Source of the DNA: Candidatus Gastranaerophilales bacterium
GTDB taxonomy: Bacteria > Cyanobacteriota > Vampirovibrionia > Gastranaerophilales > Gastranaerophilaceae
Assembly (NCBI GenBank): GCA_944325615.1
Contig: CALVAU010000049.1
Span: forward strand, 1-34,811
Length of the DNA stretch: 34,811 nt
Reading direction: 5' to 3'
Shown here: positions 32,279 to 34,811 of the stretch, in pieces
Position numbering within the stretch: position 1 is the stretch's first letter
How the letters are laid out: the number at the start of each line of letters is the position of its first letter
Notes under the pieces: generated by a model
Seen by the model: the letters and a program-made list of their open reading frames with translations, nothing else
The model's database searches: none
What the model was told of the DNA's origin: nothing
Made by a program: the position numbers and the translations under genes

Positions 32279-33820
32279 ATGGGAACTAATATACAATCAA
32301 ATTCGCCGTTATTGCAATTAATCCTGAAGAAGCAAATTTATGATTTGGCTATTTCTTCAGACAATGTTGTGCAAAATGATACTGTAAATAACGAAACTTC
32401 AGTCTCAAATATTGTTGATAAGATGATTGAGGCAAATAAAAATGCTACGATATATTCAATAGCTGATGATGCTGCTAAAAAAGCAACTGAATTGCAAATA
32501 CCTGAATTAGTTACAAAAACAGATAATTGTAGCGGTAAAATATTAAAAATTGAGGATGTTAACAATAACAAAAAAATAAAAACATCTTTATCAATATCTA
32601 TTGATGAACTGCCAGAACCCAAAATAGAAAATATAAAAAAGATAATTTACGATCTGCATCACAAAAAGCCTGATGATACACCAGATCCTGAAGATAAGCC
32701 TAAACCGTCATTTTTAGATGAATTTGATGATGTAGAGAGTATGTTTGAATGGCTTCATGAGAAAGACCCTACAATTTCAGCTGAAAATGGACTAACAAGA
32801 TCGCAATTGATTGCATTGACTCAAGATGATGTCTGGGAAGATGCTAATCATGACTTTTTTGGTTCTTTGAACAGAATATTCAATGTTTTGGATAAAGATT
32901 CCGATTCTATTTTGACTGTAGATGAAATAAAAAAATTAATCGGTGAAGAAATAGGCGACTCATACGATGATTATAAAGCTAAAGTTGATGCTTATGCAGC
33001 TGAATTAGAATCTTATTATGAAACATTAGATATTCAAGGTAAACTGGAATTTTCAATAGACAGGGCACGTGAGTATTTTGAAGCTGCAGGATTATATGAG
33101 CAGCTTGAAGCTTTGGAACGTCTGGTAAACGGTGTAGATCAATACAGTGATGTAAAAGTAGGAAATATTTCCATAAGAGATTTAAACCCGGATTATAAAG
33201 GTGAAGAAGGCGAGCGTGTAACCTTTGGGGCTTATTCTATGGAAGCTTGGGTGGAAGAACATAACGGCGGAAATATAAAAATGTTTGCAAGTGATTATGA
33301 TACTGCAGAGGTTGACCGAGGGTTGGTCTTGGATATAAGATTGTTGAATGGTAATTGGTATTCTTTTGTCGGGGTATTAATTCATGAATTGACACATGCA
33401 AAAGCTTTTCTTTATTCTTGGGCAGAAGAGCTCGGAGATGGTAATTATAAATATTCAAAAGCGAAAGCTTTAGAGGTAGCTCAAAGACTATATGATAATG
33501 GCATAATGTCAAAAGATGAATATGATTATTATAAAGATAATATTGCTTCAATAAGTTTTAATTCAGAAGAGTTTAAAAGATTAAAATATTTAGCATCTAC
33601 TGCAAGAGGGGAATATGCGGCATATCAGGCTGGTGCTGATTATGGGGATAGCGTTGCTGAAGATATTTACAAATCATATATTCCTATAGATGACAGATAT
33701 GTTTTTCAAATACCGGGTTTGACTGATGGTGTAAATGAAAAAAATGAGATAGATGAACATATAAAAGTCGGTTATCCTAATGAGGTTCTCCCTGATTGGA
33801 AATGGTGGAGTTACGCATAG
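32279..33820 (+). CDS. 513-aa EF-hand + HExxH (putative Zn-metallopeptidase) protein, no signal peptide
   Basis: EF-hand loop DKDSDSILTVDE. VGVLIHELTHAKAF, with a possible downstream Glu ligand (RGEYAAYQ). I prefer the ATG at 32279 to the track's TTG at 32207. No clear SD, so the start is uncertain. Confidence 0.65.
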   Translation: MGTNIQSNSPLLQLILKKQIYDLAISSDNVVQNDTVNNETSVSNIVDKMIEANKNATIYSIADDAAKKATELQIPELVTKTDNCSGKILKIEDVNNNKKIKTSLSISIDELPEPKIENIKKIIYDLHHKKPDDTPDPEDKPKPSFLDEFDDVESMFEWLHEKDPTISAENGLTRSQLIALTQDDVWEDANHDFFGSLNRIFNVLDKDSDSILTVDEIKKLIGEEIGDSYDDYKAKVDAYAAELESYYETLDIQGKLEFSIDRAREYFEAAGLYEQLEALERLVNGVDQYSDVKVGNISIRDLNPDYKGEEGERVTFGAYSMEAWVEEHNGGNIKMFASDYDTAEVDRGLVLDIRLLNGNWYSFVGVLIHELTHAKAFLYSWAEELGDGNYKYSKAKALEVAQRLYDNGIMSKDEYDYYKDNIASISFNSEEFKRLKYLASTARGEYAAYQAGADYGDSVAEDIYKSYIPIDDRYVFQIPGLTDGVNEKNEIDEHIKVGYPNEVLPDWKWWSYA

Positions 33821-33864
33821 TGTAATTTATTGTTAAATAAAATAAAAGAAACAAAAAAATCTAC

Positions 33865-33893
33865 TTGACAAAATGTTAGTCATGCCTTACATT
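33865..33893 (+). promoter_or_regulatory. orphan sigma70-type promoter
   Basis: TTGACA (33865-33870), a 17-nt spacer, then TACATT (33888-33893). No ORF follows it. Confidence 0.4.
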
Positions 33894-33899
33894 TATATT

Positions 33900-33974
33900 A
33901 TAGATTTGATTTACTATTAATTACCACCATTTGTAAGGGTATTATAATTTCTCTCGGCGACGGGAGATTTTTTT
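33900..33974 (+). ncRNA. candidate ~75-nt small RNA (promoter-to-terminator unit without an ORF)
   Basis: Bounded by the promoter at 33865-33893 and the terminator at 33950-33974. There is no start codon or SD inside. This is purely structural inference. Confidence 0.25.
33950..33974 (+). terminator. intrinsic terminator (GNRA-type tetraloop hairpin + T7)
   Basis: TCTCTCG-GCGA-CGGGAGA forms 7 bp including one G-U pair, followed by TTTTTTT. It may also terminate the 28.1-33.8 kb operon. Confidence 0.7.
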
Positions 33975-34152
33975 ATTGCCAAAAAACTTCTTGCCAAACT
34001 CCCATTTTTTCAAGTTTAGTTATGTGAGATTTAATTGTATGGGAACTTGTATTTAATATTTTGGCTATTTCTTTTTTTGTAAAATTTTGTTTTAATAACT
34101 CAAGAATAAACCTCTCTTGTTCTAAGAGAACTTTGTTTTCCTGTTTATTCAT
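33973..34152 (-). CDS. stand-alone LuxR/GerE-type HTH protein (59 aa), absent from the ORF track
   Basis: My hand translation gives MNKQENKVLLEQERFILELLKQNFTKKEIAKILNTSSHTIKSHITKLEKMGVWQEVFWQ. GGAG SD lies 5 nt upstream. Confidence 0.65.
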   Translation of the reverse strand: MNKQENKVLLEQERFILELLKQNFTKKEIAKILNTSSHTIKSHITKLEKMGVWQEVFWQ

Positions 34153-34232
34153 CGTATCTCCACTTTATAATTCCAACAATTAATGCTAGCATAAGGAATT
34201 TTACGATTGTATTGGCTGGTTGACCAATATTT

Positions 34233-34811
34233 TTAGTGGGAATTTAAGATAATAATAACAGCTCCAATTACAATGATGATAGAGCCTAAAAGTTTGCTTA
34301 AAATATTTTTTTCTTTGAACAGTTTCCATCCGAGTAATACATTCAAGATGACAGAGAGTTGAAATAAAGAAAGAGCATAAGATACGTTTATTCTTTCAAA
34401 TACAAATGCAGTGGAAAAAGTCATTATGCCAAAGCATAGAGCGGTAATAATGTAAATGATAGAAATATTTAATGCAGGCGGTTTAATTTTAGAGAAATTA
34501 TCTTTTAATAGTATAAGAAAAGAAAATACAGCTCCTAAAATACAAGTTGTGATTACAGAAAAGCTTACAGAAGATAGTAAAATGACTTTTTTTATAAAAA
34601 CGGCTTCTATTGCGGAAAAAATTAGTGCATAAAATCTGTATTGTACGTCTTTTCTTTTGAAAATTTCTTTAAAATTTAAAGTTCCAAAAATAAAATAACT
34701 TCCAAAAATAATCAAACAAATTCCAATCAGCCCGAAAATATTAGGAAATTCTCCAAGCAGAAATATAGCAAAGATCATCCCGATAATCGCTTTATAGGAA
34801 TTTATCGGGCC
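34233..34811 (-). CDS. EamA/DMT-family transporter, 5'-truncated by the window edge
   Basis: The frame is open to position 34811 (GPINSYKAIIGMIFA...). There are repeated TM helices, with the end of the first EamA repeat (LLGEFPNIFGLIGICLIIFGSY) and a complete second repeat. Confidence 0.8.
   Translation of the reverse strand, partial: GPINSYKAIIGMIFAIFLLGEFPNIFGLIGICLIIFGSYFIFGTLNFKEIFKRKDVQYRFYALIFSAIEAVFIKKVILLSSVSFSVITTCILGAVFSFLILLKDNFSKIKPPALNISIIYIITALCFGIMTFSTAFVFERINVSYALSLFQLSVILNVLLGWKLFKEKNILSKLLGSIIIVIGAVIIILNSH

Noticed and set aside
1-34811. rRNA genes, tRNA genes, transposases, integrases and IS elements.
   Set aside because: The intergenic regions are short (mostly under 130 nt) and none shows a tRNA cloverleaf-like GC-rich segment. 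No ORF carries DDE, tyrosine or serine recombinase motifs that I recognise.

Overview
This is an AT-rich bacterial chromosomal segment of 34.8 kb. I call about 41 protein-coding genes, and I saw no rRNA, tRNA, CRISPR array, transposase or integrase. All calls rest on reading motifs in the supplied translations and in the DNA itself. No database search was run, so every family name is a recognition-level call.

Most of the window is housekeeping:
- aromatic amino-acid synthesis (pheA and a DAHP synthase)
- a phosphohexomutase
- upp, a purine nucleoside phosphorylase and plsY
- queH
- a VKOR-thioredoxin fusion
- an MlaD/MCE protein
- a short omega-like RpoZ

Accessory material is interspersed:
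1. A phage tail-fibre cassette at the left edge, directly next to pheA.
2. A signal-less YD-like repeat protein carrying three near-identical 150-bp tandem repeats.
3. A secreted M48-like pseudo-peptidase.
4. A five-gene signalling operon: GAF-HD-GYP, a TPR protein, two LuxR-output response regulators and a pentapeptide-repeat protein. It contains no histidine kinase.
5. A solo AbrB-like ORF that is missing from the ORF track, divergent from a small XRE regulator and a 915-aa orphan membrane protein with an internal duplication.
6. The strongest candidate for an undescribed system: a tightly packed seven-gene operon at about 28.1-33.8 kb. It encodes an anchored vWA protein, a degenerate FHA-like 8-TM protein, two TonB_C-like anchored proteins, a 48-aa membrane ORF and an EF-hand/HExxH protein. 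None of the usual partner genes is present.

Two further short ORFs absent from the track (a 48-aa TM protein and a 59-aa LuxR-type HTH) and a candidate ~75-nt sRNA are also reported. The taxon is only a guess: the gene content suggests a low-GC diderm, possibly a non-photosynthetic relative of cyanobacteria.
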